A stretch of 63,996 bases of DNA, filler included, from Dirinaria sp. TL-2023a (taxonomy: Eukaryota): NCBI GenBank assembly GCA_051941275.1. It is 3 parts of 3 records of this genome, joined end to end, with 100 filler letters (N's around TTAATTAATTAA, not from the genome) between each part and the next. Parts side by side here need not be neighbours in the genome. Positions count along the whole stretch, not along the records: positions 1 to 22,705 come from JAVEBF010000217.1; 2 more parts are not named here. One strand, written 5' to 3'. The notes beneath the pieces are model-generated. The model saw nothing but the letters and a program-made list of their open reading frames with translations. It was not told the origin of the DNA and searched no databases. Positions within the stretch are counted from its first letter, which is position 1. Each line of letters begins with the position of its first letter. Below, piece by piece: positions 1 to 11,814 of the stretch. The position numbers were made by a program, and so were the translations under genes.

Positions 1-158
1 GGGTAAACGTCCTTGGAGTGCGGAGGATAGGCTTGTGGTTGAGGTGGTTGGCTTTGTTGCGGTGGGCGTGGAGAGGGACGAGAGGGGAGGGACTCGTAGG
101 CGGGCGGTGGAGGCCTGGGAAAGGTGTTGGAGCCGGTATAGTATTCTTGTGCTGCCAT
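1..158 (-). CDS. Pro/Gln-rich hypothetical protein, 5' part only (runs off window start)
   Basis: Manual translation from ATG at 158 (GCCATGG context): MAAQEYYTGSNTFPRPPPPAYESLPSRPSPRPPQQSQPPQPQAYPPHSKDVY, open to the window edge. The MAAxEYY start and a PPAY motif are typical of small fungal Pro-rich proteins. Absent from the ORF track because it is truncated. Confidence 0.6.
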   Translation of the reverse strand, partial: MAAQEYYTGSNTFPRPPPPAYESLPSRPSPRPPQQSQPPQPQAYPPHSKDVY

Positions 159-1044
159 GGCTTGGAGTCTTTAAGTGTAGAAGGTATGGAGAGTGTGCGA
201 CTTTGCTTCGGGGTTCCTGGTGCTGTATTGCGAGGACGAGAAGGTTACACAGGCAGAGGTTTTTGGTTTTTGTACACAGTTCAGCTGTTCTATTTTCGAC
301 GTTTTTTGCAAGCGATAGTCGCTGACATCATCCAGGGGTCGGCTGATCGTTCGAGTCATCAACGATAGATGGCGCAGGTTGACTGCTCTGGTCGGCTACT
401 CGGAGACCACACGCCTTGGCGCAACAGTGGCGTGCCCTTAGGTGCGTATCTCCGAGCTTCTGAGTAATCAGTATCAATTGATCATAAGGTAGGGTCGGCT
501 CTGGTCGATCATAAGAAAGATAGTCCGCAGAAATCATCACTTAGTGTAGACAGCCTAAGCTGGTCGAGCCATTATCGAAGTCGCCCTTCATCTTTGCAAG
601 TCATCGTCCCCAGTGACAGCGAAACCGTAGCCAAACCAGCTCCAAAGTGGACTCCAATCATGCTCATGTTTGATTTCCGTCTTTTAGTTTCCCGGTAACT
701 TGCATGGAGATGTAGCGCCAAATATTATGACACCATGACGAGCAAACCCTGTGCGATAGTGGTTCCCTCAGCCTAGACTTCGCCGAGGTAGCCGAGGCTA
801 GTCACGGGGCAGCCTTCGCTGGTCGAACAGTGGATTTGCTCGTGCAAAGTCCACCCATCTGGTCGCTCATTCGAGGTTCTAGAATGTCGCTGCTGAAGTA
901 TTTCGAAGGCATTGAGCTCCGGCCGATGCGAGTTGGAAGCTGCCGAGAATGATCAAGGAACTAATCCTCCAAAGTCACTACGTGGGATTGTTTCATCCCA
1001 CATACTGGTTGTTATAGGATCATCGATAAGTTGGCAATGACGAT

Positions 1045-2646
1045 TCAGGGCGCATCAATGAACATTCCAAGCATGCCCTTTGTCTGACACGCCATCTGAG
1101 CTTTTTCGACCTCTCTTCTGACGACGCCATGTAGTCGCATCATTAGTTGATCGATTTGGGAAGACTCGCCCATGTGGACGGAATACATATCAAGGATGAG
1201 CATGCCGAGATCGACGCACATCCTCACATGTCGCGGATTGGTGATAAAGGTGCAGACCCACTTAAAGATGGGTTGGAGAGAGACATCATCCCGACCAGAG
1301 AGAGCTGTCCGGGTAGCTGATCGGTGGCGCAGAGCGGTGAGGAGGGTGAGAATAGGTTGCAGCTCCTTCTTTACCAGAACCGCGTCCAGAGCTGCTGCAT
1401 ACTGGCCTTTGTGGAGGAGCTTCTCCCAATCGGTCTTCTTTTTCCGTTTTCCACCGGGATTTCCCTCAATAACGATATCTGCGCCCTCGCCAGTGAAGTC
1501 ACGACCTCGAAGGCGCTTTTCCAATCCGCGGGGTCGTTTCTTTGCCACCTTCTTGTCGTGCTCCTCAATTCTACCCTCAATGAGCGCCTCCATCTCTTTC
1601 TGTCTTTCACGTTCTTTGACCTTTTGCTGCCCTGATAGCCTGGTCTTGATGGACAGCGTTCCAGACTGAAGTCCAACAGCTAAATGCCGATCCTCCTGAT
1701 TTGTGCCTGCCGTAATAACGCTCAAGGAAAGAATGGGCGAGGGGTACTTTGATCCAGCTACAGCGTTCCAGCCGGTGGTCTCGAAGACCTTCATATGACC
1801 ATCCAGACCACCACTGACCAATCTCGTATTGTGCGAAGCCAAACATAGTGTAGAAACGGTTTTCTGGTGGTTTTGGATCATCTGCAAAGGCCGCGCAGCT
1901 ATGAGATCCAAGACGGATATCTGGTTATCCGCAGCAGCAAGGACGGTAGTTCCAGAGGGCATTGGCAGCACAACCTCGATCGGAGCGGCGTGCTTGAAAA
2001 TCATGACTGCGCTAGCCGGCGCTCGGGGATCCCACAACCTCACCGTCTGATCGTAGCTTCCGGAGACAAGCAGGCCTGAAGCTTGCCCCGGCATAAAAGC
2101 TCCGCTGCGCACGTAATCCCGATGCCCAACGAATGAGTGCGTGCTCTCCTCACTCGGCAGATCCCATAGGCGCACAGTCCGGTCATCGCTCGCGCTCATC
2201 AATGTCGTGGGCTCGGAGGGGGAGAACTTCGTAGTCCAGACCGGCTGCTTATGTTCCTTCCACGTCTTCAATATAAATCGCGAATTGACATCGAACACCT
2301 GAATCGCACCCGTCTCATCGCCCGCGACCATGATGCGGCCATCGCGCCGGATCTCGCCGCTGTGGGCAACATCGCCGAAACGCGAAATGGTTTTGACCAG
2401 CTTGCGCGTCCGGATCGAGTAGATTTGCACTCGCGTGCCGGTGGTCACCGCGAAGTGATCGGACGGCTGCTGCGCAAGAGCATTGTTGAGTGGAGGGAGC
2501 GGGCCCGCGATATGGGTGATGGGGTTGCCGGACGACGCGAAGAGCTGCTGGTTTTTGAAGGTCCGCCAGTAGGTTTGCTCGGGAGTCAGCGGCGAGGGGC
2601 CCGGAGGGAGCTTGACGGGCTGCAGCGGTAGAACTGGCGCTGCCAT
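1045..2646 (-). CDS. UTP15: U3 snoRNA-associated protein 15 (SSU processome t-UTP, WD40 repeats + UTP15 C-terminal domain)
   Basis: Single-exon 533-aa ORF. It has WD repeats (SASDDRTVRLWD, GHRDYVRS, SGSYDQTVRLWD, SGGLDGHMKVFE), the N-terminal EQTYWRTFK motif and a helical C-terminus (LLTALRHRS..ALSGRDDVSLQPI). Confidence 0.92.
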   Translation of the reverse strand: MAAPVLPLQPVKLPPGPSPLTPEQTYWRTFKNQQLFASSGNPITHIAGPLPPLNNALAQQPSDHFAVTTGTRVQIYSIRTRKLVKTISRFGDVAHSGEIRRDGRIMVAGDETGAIQVFDVNSRFILKTWKEHKQPVWTTKFSPSEPTTLMSASDDRTVRLWDLPSEESTHSFVGHRDYVRSGAFMPGQASGLLVSGSYDQTVRLWDPRAPASAVMIFKHAAPIEVVLPMPSGTTVLAAADNQISVLDLIAARPLQMIQNHQKTVSTLCLASHNTRLVSGGLDGHMKVFETTGWNAVAGSKYPSPILSLSVITAGTNQEDRHLAVGLQSGTLSIKTRLSGQQKVKERERQKEMEALIEGRIEEHDKKVAKKRPRGLEKRLRGRDFTGEGADIVIEGNPGGKRKKKTDWEKLLHKGQYAAALDAVLVKKELQPILTLLTALRHRSATRTALSGRDDVSLQPIFKWVCTFITNPRHVRMCVDLGMLILDMYSVHMGESSQIDQLMMRLHGVVRREVEKAQMACQTKGMLGMFIDAP

Positions 2647-3751
2647 TGCTCCTCCCCACCGCTACGCCAATTTGTCACAAAGACTTCGCCATGCCATGTA
2701 ATTAGTTCTGGGCGAAAAAGTGGTGCAATATTTTTGTTTTTTGGACTTTCGGTAAATCATCGGGGCTACCCTCTCTCTCAAAGCTCTCTCGGTTAGTAGA
2801 ACTAGCATAAATCACGCTAACTACTTTCAGGTTTCACTTTCATCTTCGTCGGATTGCCAAGCTGTCGCGGTTAGGATATGACCTCGAAAACGCAGTCTCA
2901 ATGTTCGTTAGCGCGGTCATGTGTAGAAAGATGGGGTACCAAAGTTCCTATCAGTTATAATGAAAGTCACAGCCCAGCTTTTCTAATAAAGCAAGCGTTC
3001 CCATTGAAAGCCACTGATAAGTCATGAAAGAAATCCTACACGCCTACTTAATACAGAGATTTCGAACAGCGTAAAACATATACAAGAGTCAAAAGCCCCC
3101 AGAGGGAAACGCCTCCCCACGCCCTAGTGATCTAATCAATACATTACAGCGAATGCAAAGCAATTAAGAGGTAGCCATGTGTTTAAAAAGTGTCTACCGG
3201 GTTTAATCTCGCTAACGAGAGATATCCTTCGTGGATAATGATGCTATACAGCTAAATGCTGTCATTTTTAACCCTTGAAGTGGTCTCATTCTATGCACAC
3301 TCAGGATTTATATGTCATCCCTCCGGAGTTCGCAGACAAAACTCTGGCTAGATTTGGCTTCGGGGGCGATTGCGCTATTCAAAAACGATCGAGAAGCTTG
3401 GGCATCTATTATTCCTCAGTCTACCCGCTGGGGGGCTGTTGGGAGTTAGGGCACATTAAGTTTAACACCGGGGGGTTTTTTGGTTTCTATTTTTTTTTTT
3501 TTTTTTTTTTTTTGAGGCTTTGATAGAGTGTAGTAAAGTTACTTAAAGCTTGTGAGCAGTTCCGAGGAAATGCCACAAACATAATATACACCTTTGCCAA
3601 AGCCTCGCCATAAAATAAAAGCTTGAACGGAATGCTGATTGATCCGAGAATGCGCCTTGCAGTCTGTAGGGTATCTAGAACAGGGAAGCCAAATCGCAAG
3701 AAGTTGTGATCCTGTCCATGCAGCAAGGACTCCCAATATGCGAAACAGAGA

Positions 3752-6700
3752 TTAGACGCCCCGAAACTGCGAAAGTCAGCCAACTCACACTATCAAACAC
3801 GCTCGCGGTGGAAGGGAGGGTTAGAACGCACCAGCCTGACTATCAAAAACCACACAGCTCCGCAAAATCGGAACAGGGACAACCCTGCCACACTCCACAA
3901 CACAACCGCCATATATATCGTACTTCTTTGGGTCTCATCAGTTTTATTCACCTCCACCCTCTCCAAGCCCGCCGTACTCAGCACGACTGCACAGAGTGCG
4001 AAATTGCAAAACATCCACACAAGGACGACCGCGCTTCGGATGCCTTTGTAATAATCTTCCTGATGCTCTGCTTCACTGACAACTTTCTTCTCCTGAACCG
4101 CTTTCTCCGAGATCTTGCGCATCTCGGCGTCGTACTGAGCGTTAAGGTCGCCGTCGTCTTGTGGAATATTGACGTCAACTTTGCCTCCAGGTTTGAGGTT
4201 GGCGACTTCGAGTTTGGGGGCTTTGTCATCGCCCTTGGTCCCCCAGGTGATGTCATGGGTATTGCAAAAAGCATAGACGTTGAGGATGTTGATGTAGGTA
4301 GGGGTGAGGAGCAGATATTGGATGAACTAGATACTGCGTCAGGTGAATAGGCAGTCTGGGAACATGGGATACTTACAGAAGTAAACAGATGCCATGGATC
4401 GAAAAACAGAAACGATATGACGAACCAGAGGACATAGGTCGAGGCCAAAGAAACAATGAGCGTAAAGAAGAGCGAATTCTTGAAGAGGTCCGAGACCTCA
4501 AATGTCTTCTCATGTGTCTCGATTTGTATCGACTTCACAGTGATGAAGACAGAAGCAAAGACAAGGTAAATCATGATGCCGACCCAAAAGTACACCATTG
4601 TCATGTAGAACTTGTTAGATCCTTGAGGCCGGTTGCCCAGTGCCAAGACAAAACATGTGAGTAGAGTAGCCAGATAAAGCCATTCGAAGACGATTCCAAG
4701 GATAGTGCCAGTGGTGCCGAGAAGGTCTTTGCTACCAAGGGAGGTCGTCAAGATACGAAAAACGAGGAAGAAATTGCCCTGATGAACTAATCAGCGATGT
4801 CTGCTTCTAAGGCGAGGTCTGCGTCTTACAATCGCAAACCAAGCGAAGATCATGTTGATAGTCTGATAGGAAAATTCCAGCATGAACATCAACCTCCTTA
4901 CAAAGCTATGATCCGTTCGATTGATCTGGTAAAAGTGTGCTAAAGCATATACTGCAGCGAAGAAGCTGCCGTTCAGCCATCTTCTCCGCTGCATTATGAA
5001 CTCAGCCATCGTATCAGGCACATCAGTTTCTCCTGTGGAAGATTTAACGTATTGTAAAATCCAGCGGCAATTGCGCTTCGCAACCAATTCGAAACAGAGA
5101 ATTCTGTCCTCAGCCAAATACATATTAGCAGTGAAAATGCCGGCATTGGCGCCATGCATTTTCTCGCCGGCGAAGTACTTCTCCAACGGGCCCTGCCCGC
5201 TTTTATCGTTCTGCAAGGCGATATAGCGGTAGGCAGAGAATGCTCCAGGTAAGACGGAGATGAAGCCAAAGGCAGACTCGAGAGGCTTGTCGAGGATATT
5301 GCTCATCTTGTATTCGAAGTTTTGCGTAGCGACCAGGGGATTGATTAGCTTCTTTCCGCTGCTCAGCATGACTTTGATCTCTCCACAAGCTCCGGCACAC
5401 ATCGGCTCCAGATCGAAGGCTTTCCACAAGTGGTAGATCGAATCCTTGCCGGGTTTGGTTCCTGCGTCGAGAAGTACGCAGATGTTAGGATCCAGTACTC
5501 TGCCGAAAGCCTGAAAGAACCACCTGTGCGAGTTGATTTTCTTCTGATTTTTCTCTTTCAAGCAAAACAGCATTTGCACCGGTGTAGCTGCTTTCGGCTT
5601 CATGTGTACCATCTTTCCCTTCAATTCGAGTCCTACTTGAGTTGTATATTCATAGACGTGCGCTGTGACATCTTTCCCATTGACCTGCTGCTTTGCAATG
5701 CCGTCTTGGTATACACCTAAACCAGCAAGCACAGCTCTTGTCCGTGGATTGATCTTCGCACGACCATCGCTTACGACGCACACAACGATCTTTTTCCAAG
5801 CTTCTTTACCCCAGGTCTTACTGCTGGTTCTCGAGCACATATGCTCAATATTTTTGAAGACGCCAATCAAGGTCCTAGCGAACAGAAAATCGTCCTCATT
5901 GTACATTGTGATGACGATAAAGAGCTCCGTATGCCTAGGTCTAGCGAAAAGCCTCTGCCGAAGTGTGAATCTGCTCTCGTAAAATTCGGAGGGGTCACAG
6001 GTGGCGGCGGAGTAACGCATATGCGTGAACTCATCTCGTTCCGGAGGTGTAGCATGGGGAACTTGATTCAGTAATTTTGGCGGTATAGGACAGTCGAGGA
6101 CTAAATTCCCATTGAACAGCTGTACCTCTTTCACTGTTTTCCATCGCTTTATTGGTGCCGGGCTGGGCGATACACCAGGGGCCGGAGCATCATATCGATC
6201 CTCAAAATCATCATGCTCAGGGTGGAGTTGAGGGTTGGGTCCATATGCGTTGTCCGGCTGTATGATCGGCCGCTGGTCGTCATCATCATGGTATTCGTGT
6301 GTTTCTTGCGAATATTGATGTGTCAAGTTGGGTCTGTCCTGCAGACGTGGCTCGTATGGTTGGTTGAAGTAAGCATCATGATGTTCTTCTGGAGAGATGG
6401 CGTAGTCATTGCTGGCATAAGGGTAGTCTGGCCTCGAAGCAGGATGATGTTGCTCGAAAGAAGCATTATGATGATAAGAATTCTCAATGTTCTCGACAGA
6501 GTATGTAGGCTGCGCCGCTAACCGATCTCCGGGGCCCATAGGTATCTGTAGTGGCTGTTGCTGGGGTCTGTACGGCCCATCCTCAAGCTGGTAGCCATGG
6601 AGGGGCTGGCCAGGTGAAGGCGTTCTATGCGCGTGTTGTGGGTCCATCTGAGCTTGGGAATTATGGTAACCCTCGTCTTCTGCGGCTTGCCTTGAATAAT

Positions 6701-6847
6701 CTGTGTATAGAAGCCAGGTCAGCGGCGTTGTTCGAGGTGTAGAACGTATTCAAAGAGCCGCATCGAGAGCCGCCAAACAAAGGATGGATGCGAGGGCACC
6801 CTCAACCCAGGTAATAGGTCAAACTCACCTATACGATTGTAGGACAT
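3752..6847 (-). CDS. chsC: Class I chitin synthase (A. nidulans ChsC-like), 5 exons
   Basis: Exons 6847-6829 (MSYNRI), 6700-4830, 4778-4377, 4326-3832 and 3766-3752 (FRGV*), all joined by GT-AG introns that keep the frame. Motifs: [71 protein letters not shown]. The N-terminal [21 protein letters not shown] segment is characteristic of class I. Confidence 0.93.
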
Positions 6848-7505
6848 GACGGTCAACAGTCGCAATGTTTGTACGGAGTCTTATGCGTGGACGGCAAGGG
6901 AAACTCGTGGCAACAAGCGAGGAATCTGAGACTGAAGAAGCCTCCTTAACGGGAAGTTCAAGCAGCCCTCACGGGACCACAGATAGCCTTTGGGACAGAA
7001 AGGCAGCAAATGATTTTAGAATAATAGTATGCAAGTGCACGGAGTCCAGCGTGCCATATTCGCCAGGATAAGGCTGATATACTACTGTCGAGTACCTACC
7101 TTACCTTACTTTCTAAATTGATATACGAAGCAAAGCGTGAACCGTAAATAAAGCCACACTTGCGCCGCCGATCACGACTGAGGGGACGGACTTTAGTCAC
7201 GTAGTGAAGTCCTCTAGGCTGGATCTCGCTAAGCTCAGCCCCTAAAGCAAGCGTAACCGCTTATCCTCAGACCCGGTAGCCAAGACCAGGGCGAGCCCGG
7301 AGGTCAAATCATTGAACACGCACTCGCGCTTGGTGCAGTATTTCTGTTTCTGCAAGAGCAGTATGTACTCCGTATCAAGTGCATCCTCCAGGAGATGATA
7401 CCGTAGCGCTACTTAGGGACTACTCAGTCGCGTATCTGACGACTTGCAGTATTCGTCCAAAACACCTCTTGCATTCGATTCGTATCATAGGTACCTTGAA
7501 TTTCC

Positions 7506-8074
7506 ATGAATAGCTCCGCCACCAGCAGCCATGCTGCGCCAATCTCCGTGCTCTTCGTCTGCTTAGGCAACATCTGTGAGTAAGACACAACCCCGAGGAC
7601 GATCCTTGCGCTGTGCTGACTGCTGCAGGTCGGTCCACGATGGCTGAAGGAATCTTCCGCTCCCTCACCAAATCCCATCCCCGCATTGGCCGCGTGGACT
7701 CGGCTGGTACTTCAGGCTACAACATTGGTAGTGGGCCGGACATGCGAACGGTAGCCACCCTGGAGGGAAACGGGATTGGAGATTACGATCACGAAGCGCG
7801 CAGGCTTCGCCCTTCCGACCTCACAAATTTTGATTACATATTTGCGATGGATGGGGAGAACTTGCATAATATACATCAGATGCAGCGTAGAATGGCAAGG
7901 AAAAGGCCGACATTGGCATTCGGGAAAATTATGCTCTTCGGAGACTTTGGAGGAAACGCTGGGGAAGAGGTTGTGGATCCATACTATGGCGCTCTCGATG
8001 GCTTTGAAATAGCGTACGAGCAATTAACAAGATTCTCAAAAGGTTTCATTGAGGAGGTGATTGGCCAGCCTTGA
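7506..8074 (+). CDS. LTP1: Low-molecular-weight protein tyrosine phosphatase, 2 exons
   Basis: Exon 1 7506-7575, intron 7576-7628 (GTGAGT..GCTGAC..CAG), exon 2 7629-8074. Splicing restores the P-loop VLFVCLGNICRS. DSAGT, FDYIFAMD and the general-acid DPYYG motif are present. Confidence 0.92.
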
Positions 8075-8476
8075 AGCGGATCTCCGCCCAGAAGCCAGCG
8101 TGCTCATAGAACGAGGCAAAGATCGCGAGCACTCCTCTCGCGAGAATTGATATCACATCATGAAGTTACGCTGGGAAGCGAGGTCAAATTTTAGAAGATG
8201 CCTTTTGCACGTATCGCTATGCGGTCCGTTCATGAAGATCGCGACTAATCACGGTTCCCAGAACGAACCTACCTATGCCAGATCAATATGAGGGCTAAGT
8301 CTGAAGCTGATAAAACCACTAGGGCCTAGGAGCCGTATGGTAAACCCGCTTCCTGCTAAAAAATATCAAATTTGCATGCAAGCGACCTTTGTGCAAGCGT
8401 CTATCTATCCACAACCCTCAGCTCCTGCCAAATCTCCGAATTCCGTTCACCGACACTCAAGCCATTCCATGTCCTT

Positions 8477-10165
8477 TCACCCATCCTGATCCTCGTAATT
8501 CAACAGGAGCTCGGAGACGTTCGTCCTACCACCCTTCTTGCTGCCCTTGCGAGGCTTACCTGCCGAGCCATTAGTAGGTGCTGGTCCTGGAGGAGAACTG
8601 ACTTGCTTGTTGGCGACATATCGAGCTTCACCGGCAGGGACGAAGAACCGACGATGAATGGGCGGTGGAGTCTTAGGCGCAGCGACAAAAGGCGCGCCCA
8701 GCTTACCACTTCCGCTTTGTTGTTGAGTATTGCCATTCATAACAGCGGGCCCTTGCGGGACCGGAGAAGGCACAAGAGGACGATGCACCTTGTCGATGGC
8801 GCTCCGAACTTCAGGACTGCTCGGATTATCTGTGCCAATGCTGGGCACAATGATGGATTCCGAATTCAGTGTGGAGAGCTTTGGTAAGTTCACAACTGGA
8901 GTTGACTGAATAAGCTCTGTCGGCATCCCAGTCTCCTGATCCAAAGTCGATTGAGCAGAAGTGCTTGAAGCGGGCATGTCAGCAGTGGGTTGCTGAGTGA
9001 ATGCTGAGCTCGACTCTGTACTTGAGGATTCTTTCTCTGCTGTCACAGCCCGGTTGACCTGATCTTTCGCTTGGTCCCCGACGTTATTCTCCCCGTCAGC
9101 CGAAGGGTTGACTGGATTTTGATTGGATTTATTTGCAAATGGAGTGTCCATGTTGAGAACACGAGGGAAAGGTGCTTTGCCATAAGGCGAGCGGGAAGCC
9201 TGTTGCTGCTGGATAAAGCCGCCATTCCAAGAATTGAAGGTTCCAGGATAGGTGTTCAAGGTGAAGAAGGCACTAGGTACGGCGTTGGGGCTAGCGCCAC
9301 CGTTTGATTGACCCACCTGATTAGGATAACGCGGGACAGTTGCCAGCTTTGAACTCTGACGGAACTCCTCCCAGCTCTGAGGAGCAATAGCACGGGCTGC
9401 AACAGCAGCAGCGCCACCCCTCCATAGCTGATCCGTTGGCGCTGGACCAGGGCGACGGTGCCATTCAGGAACCTCTGTGATGCCGCCAAACTTCTCCGGA
9501 TTTGCGATACGATACCAGCGTGGGTACGTGGCGATACCGATCTCGTTGAGTGTCTTCTCATCAGGCATCTCGTGCTTGTAAAGACACCCTTGCTGCGTGT
9601 AATCGCACTCACCCCAGCGGATCCAGTGAGTGCAGTACAATTTCCGGCCCAGTGTGCCTTTAGTACCGGCTCCAGCTGCGCCAGCCTGCGAGGGAATGGC
9701 GGTAGTGAATCTGGGAGCCTCACGAGGCGATTTCGACTTCGGATGGTCCGCGTTCATGTCTTCATCAACTTCTTCGGAAGTCTCAGACTCCTTCTCGCCG
9801 TTCGTTCGGGGTGTCTCCACCTGCACTGGGGCCTTCGTCTTTACACCACGACGCCATTTCTCGACCGATGGCTTCGCGGCTCCGCCATTTTCCGCTGTCG
9901 AACTCTTGATCTCCCCATCCAATGGAGCAGCTGCAGATTTAGCTGGAGTACGTGGAGCCTGATCGGTCATTGACACCACATAGCGTTGGGAGCTACGCTC
10001 TTTGACCCCAAGGCTGATCATGTTCTGCGTATCTGCGTGAGTGATCTTGGCAGGAACGCCGGCGATGTGGACAGTTGGAGGTAGCTCGTCGACCGCAATG
10101 AGCGGCGTAAGAGTCCCTTCCTCACGAGCGACAAAGTACTGTGGGCGTGGAGAGTTCGACATCAT
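8477..10165 (-). CDS. CCCH-type zinc-finger protein, mostly low-complexity
   Basis: 562-aa single-exon ORF with C-x8-C-x6-C-x3-H (CTHWIRWGECDYTQQGCLYKH) followed by EMP..LNEIG..YPRWYR. The N-terminus is a conserved-looking PQYFVAR..TLTPLIAVDELP segment. Confidence 0.75.
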   Translation of the reverse strand: MMSNSPRPQYFVAREEGTLTPLIAVDELPPTVHIAGVPAKITHADTQNMISLGVKERSSQRYVVSMTDQAPRTPAKSAAAPLDGEIKSSTAENGGAAKPSVEKWRRGVKTKAPVQVETPRTNGEKESETSEEVDEDMNADHPKSKSPREAPRFTTAIPSQAGAAGAGTKGTLGRKLYCTHWIRWGECDYTQQGCLYKHEMPDEKTLNEIGIATYPRWYRIANPEKFGGITEVPEWHRRPGPAPTDQLWRGGAAAVAARAIAPQSWEEFRQSSKLATVPRYPNQVGQSNGGASPNAVPSAFFTLNTYPGTFNSWNGGFIQQQQASRSPYGKAPFPRVLNMDTPFANKSNQNPVNPSADGENNVGDQAKDQVNRAVTAEKESSSTESSSAFTQQPTADMPASSTSAQSTLDQETGMPTELIQSTPVVNLPKLSTLNSESIIVPSIGTDNPSSPEVRSAIDKVHRPLVPSPVPQGPAVMNGNTQQQSGSGKLGAPFVAAPKTPPPIHRRFFVPAGEARYVANKQVSSPPGPAPTNGSAGKPRKGSKKGGRTNVSELLLNYEDQDG

Positions 10166-11814
10166 GGAAGGGTGATCTTGACCGCTTGAAGATTAGCAGT
10201 AATAGGATATTCGGTGGCTGTTCCTCCAAATGACCAAGCTTGATATTAATGAAGAGCTGGTATATGATATGAAAATGCTTGAGTATCCTTGGTGATATAA
10301 GTAAGCACTGAAACTGGTTTTTCGGGGCGGAAAGGTGCAAAGGAACCTGCCGCACGTGTTGATGTAGCAAGAGGTGTGGAGACCGCAAATGTTTATGGTG
10401 GCGTGCCTTCAGTGGTAACCATCAAGCTATGCGTACAATCAGCAGTCAGGTACTGATTGTGCTCACGGGGTTTGTGTTGCTCGCTTTGAGCAACCTGGCT
10501 TCGGCGTACCGTGAGGTTATCGAGCTTTATAAGTACATAGATCAAATTTCCCTTGAATGATGGATACTATGATTGTGTTTCGTACCGGTAAAGGATTTGA
10601 TGAGAGGAAGAGGAGATGGAAGAGATGGTGCCTGTCTCGTGAAGCAGAGCGTTCAAATAGGTAGAACCGATAACAAGTGAAGTGGTGATAGATTCATAAA
10701 GTGAGGGGCAAATATTCATCATACTCATTACACGGCTGTTCATTGGAAATGTTGTTCTTGGTGTCATTCAACTCGGACAGAGTGAGCCTTGACACCCGGC
10801 CATCTGTTCAAGAATAGGCCAACACAACACCAGGTGTTTCTCACTTCCTTACCTAGCCTTGTATGCCAAAATATGTTTGATAGAAAGCCCAACAAGTAGC
10901 CAACCGCGCTATCGGTCCAGATAACGTCCTTGGAAGACGGATAGTTGCAGCCATTGGAAGAAGTACCTTACCCAACTGGGTCCTTGGAGAACAACATTGC
11001 CATACTGGAAAGGCTGTAGCCCAGTGAAGACCGTCAGCAACACCACCATTATTCGGGGTATATATTTAGGACTGAGGGACAGGGCCGAGGGACGTGGCCG
11101 CCGAGGTAAACCAAGGTGAACGTTGTAGCTTTAGCACTTACAGTCCACGCTTTTAATTAACACCCATACATCGAAACAACGGAAGGTGTATCGCCGCTTC
11201 ACTGGAGTATCTACTCAACCTTTGACTTTGTAGTCATTTCCAAAGCGACTCCACAAGTGAAGCCCGCCTAGGGACGCCCATTGCAAGGCTTAGTCGGCTG
11301 TGATATATCTATGCTCATTGCGCCCACGAAATAGAAGCCATGAAGAATGATCTTGATACGGGAAGGGTTTCGCCCATGTTAATGCATTCCGTTTAGCATT
11401 CCCACGATGTGCATTGCACTCAATTCCGCAATTTTAAGATCAATTTATACAGACGTCGGTTCCAATTAGCGTAGGCAGATTTAAACCCCTCCCCGCCCTT
11501 TTGCAAAAAACAGATCTAGAGCTGCCAGATCCTACCTAATCCTGTCTCTTTTTCTGAACTACCTTTCTTGAAACCAATCATGTAATATTGCTCAATAGCT
11601 GGAACGTTCTAGAATTATCTTCTTGAGGGAGTCCTAATTCAATCTTTTCTTATCGAAACGCTGCGCTCAAGCCGATGATCCTCCTTTTCCCTGAAGCCGG
11701 TTTCGACTGTCGTCTGTCTTGATGACTATACGATCTCGAATTCCTGGCCAATGCACATAGTCTGGGTTAGAACAGAAGGTTCTCGCTCTCAGGCCTGGAA
11801 TAGCCATCCGTGAA

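Noticed and set aside
3490..3513. T24 run about 240 nt past the chitin synthase stop as a retro-copy poly(A) tail
   Set aside because: The gene retains four introns, and similar homopolymers occur elsewhere in intergenic DNA.
3706..4350. 214-aa + strand ORF and the many other antisense or alternate-frame ORFs over UTP15, CHS, mit1, the permease, MBP1 and the MYND gene
   Set aside because: They are shadows of GC3-biased real genes and have no recognisable motifs.
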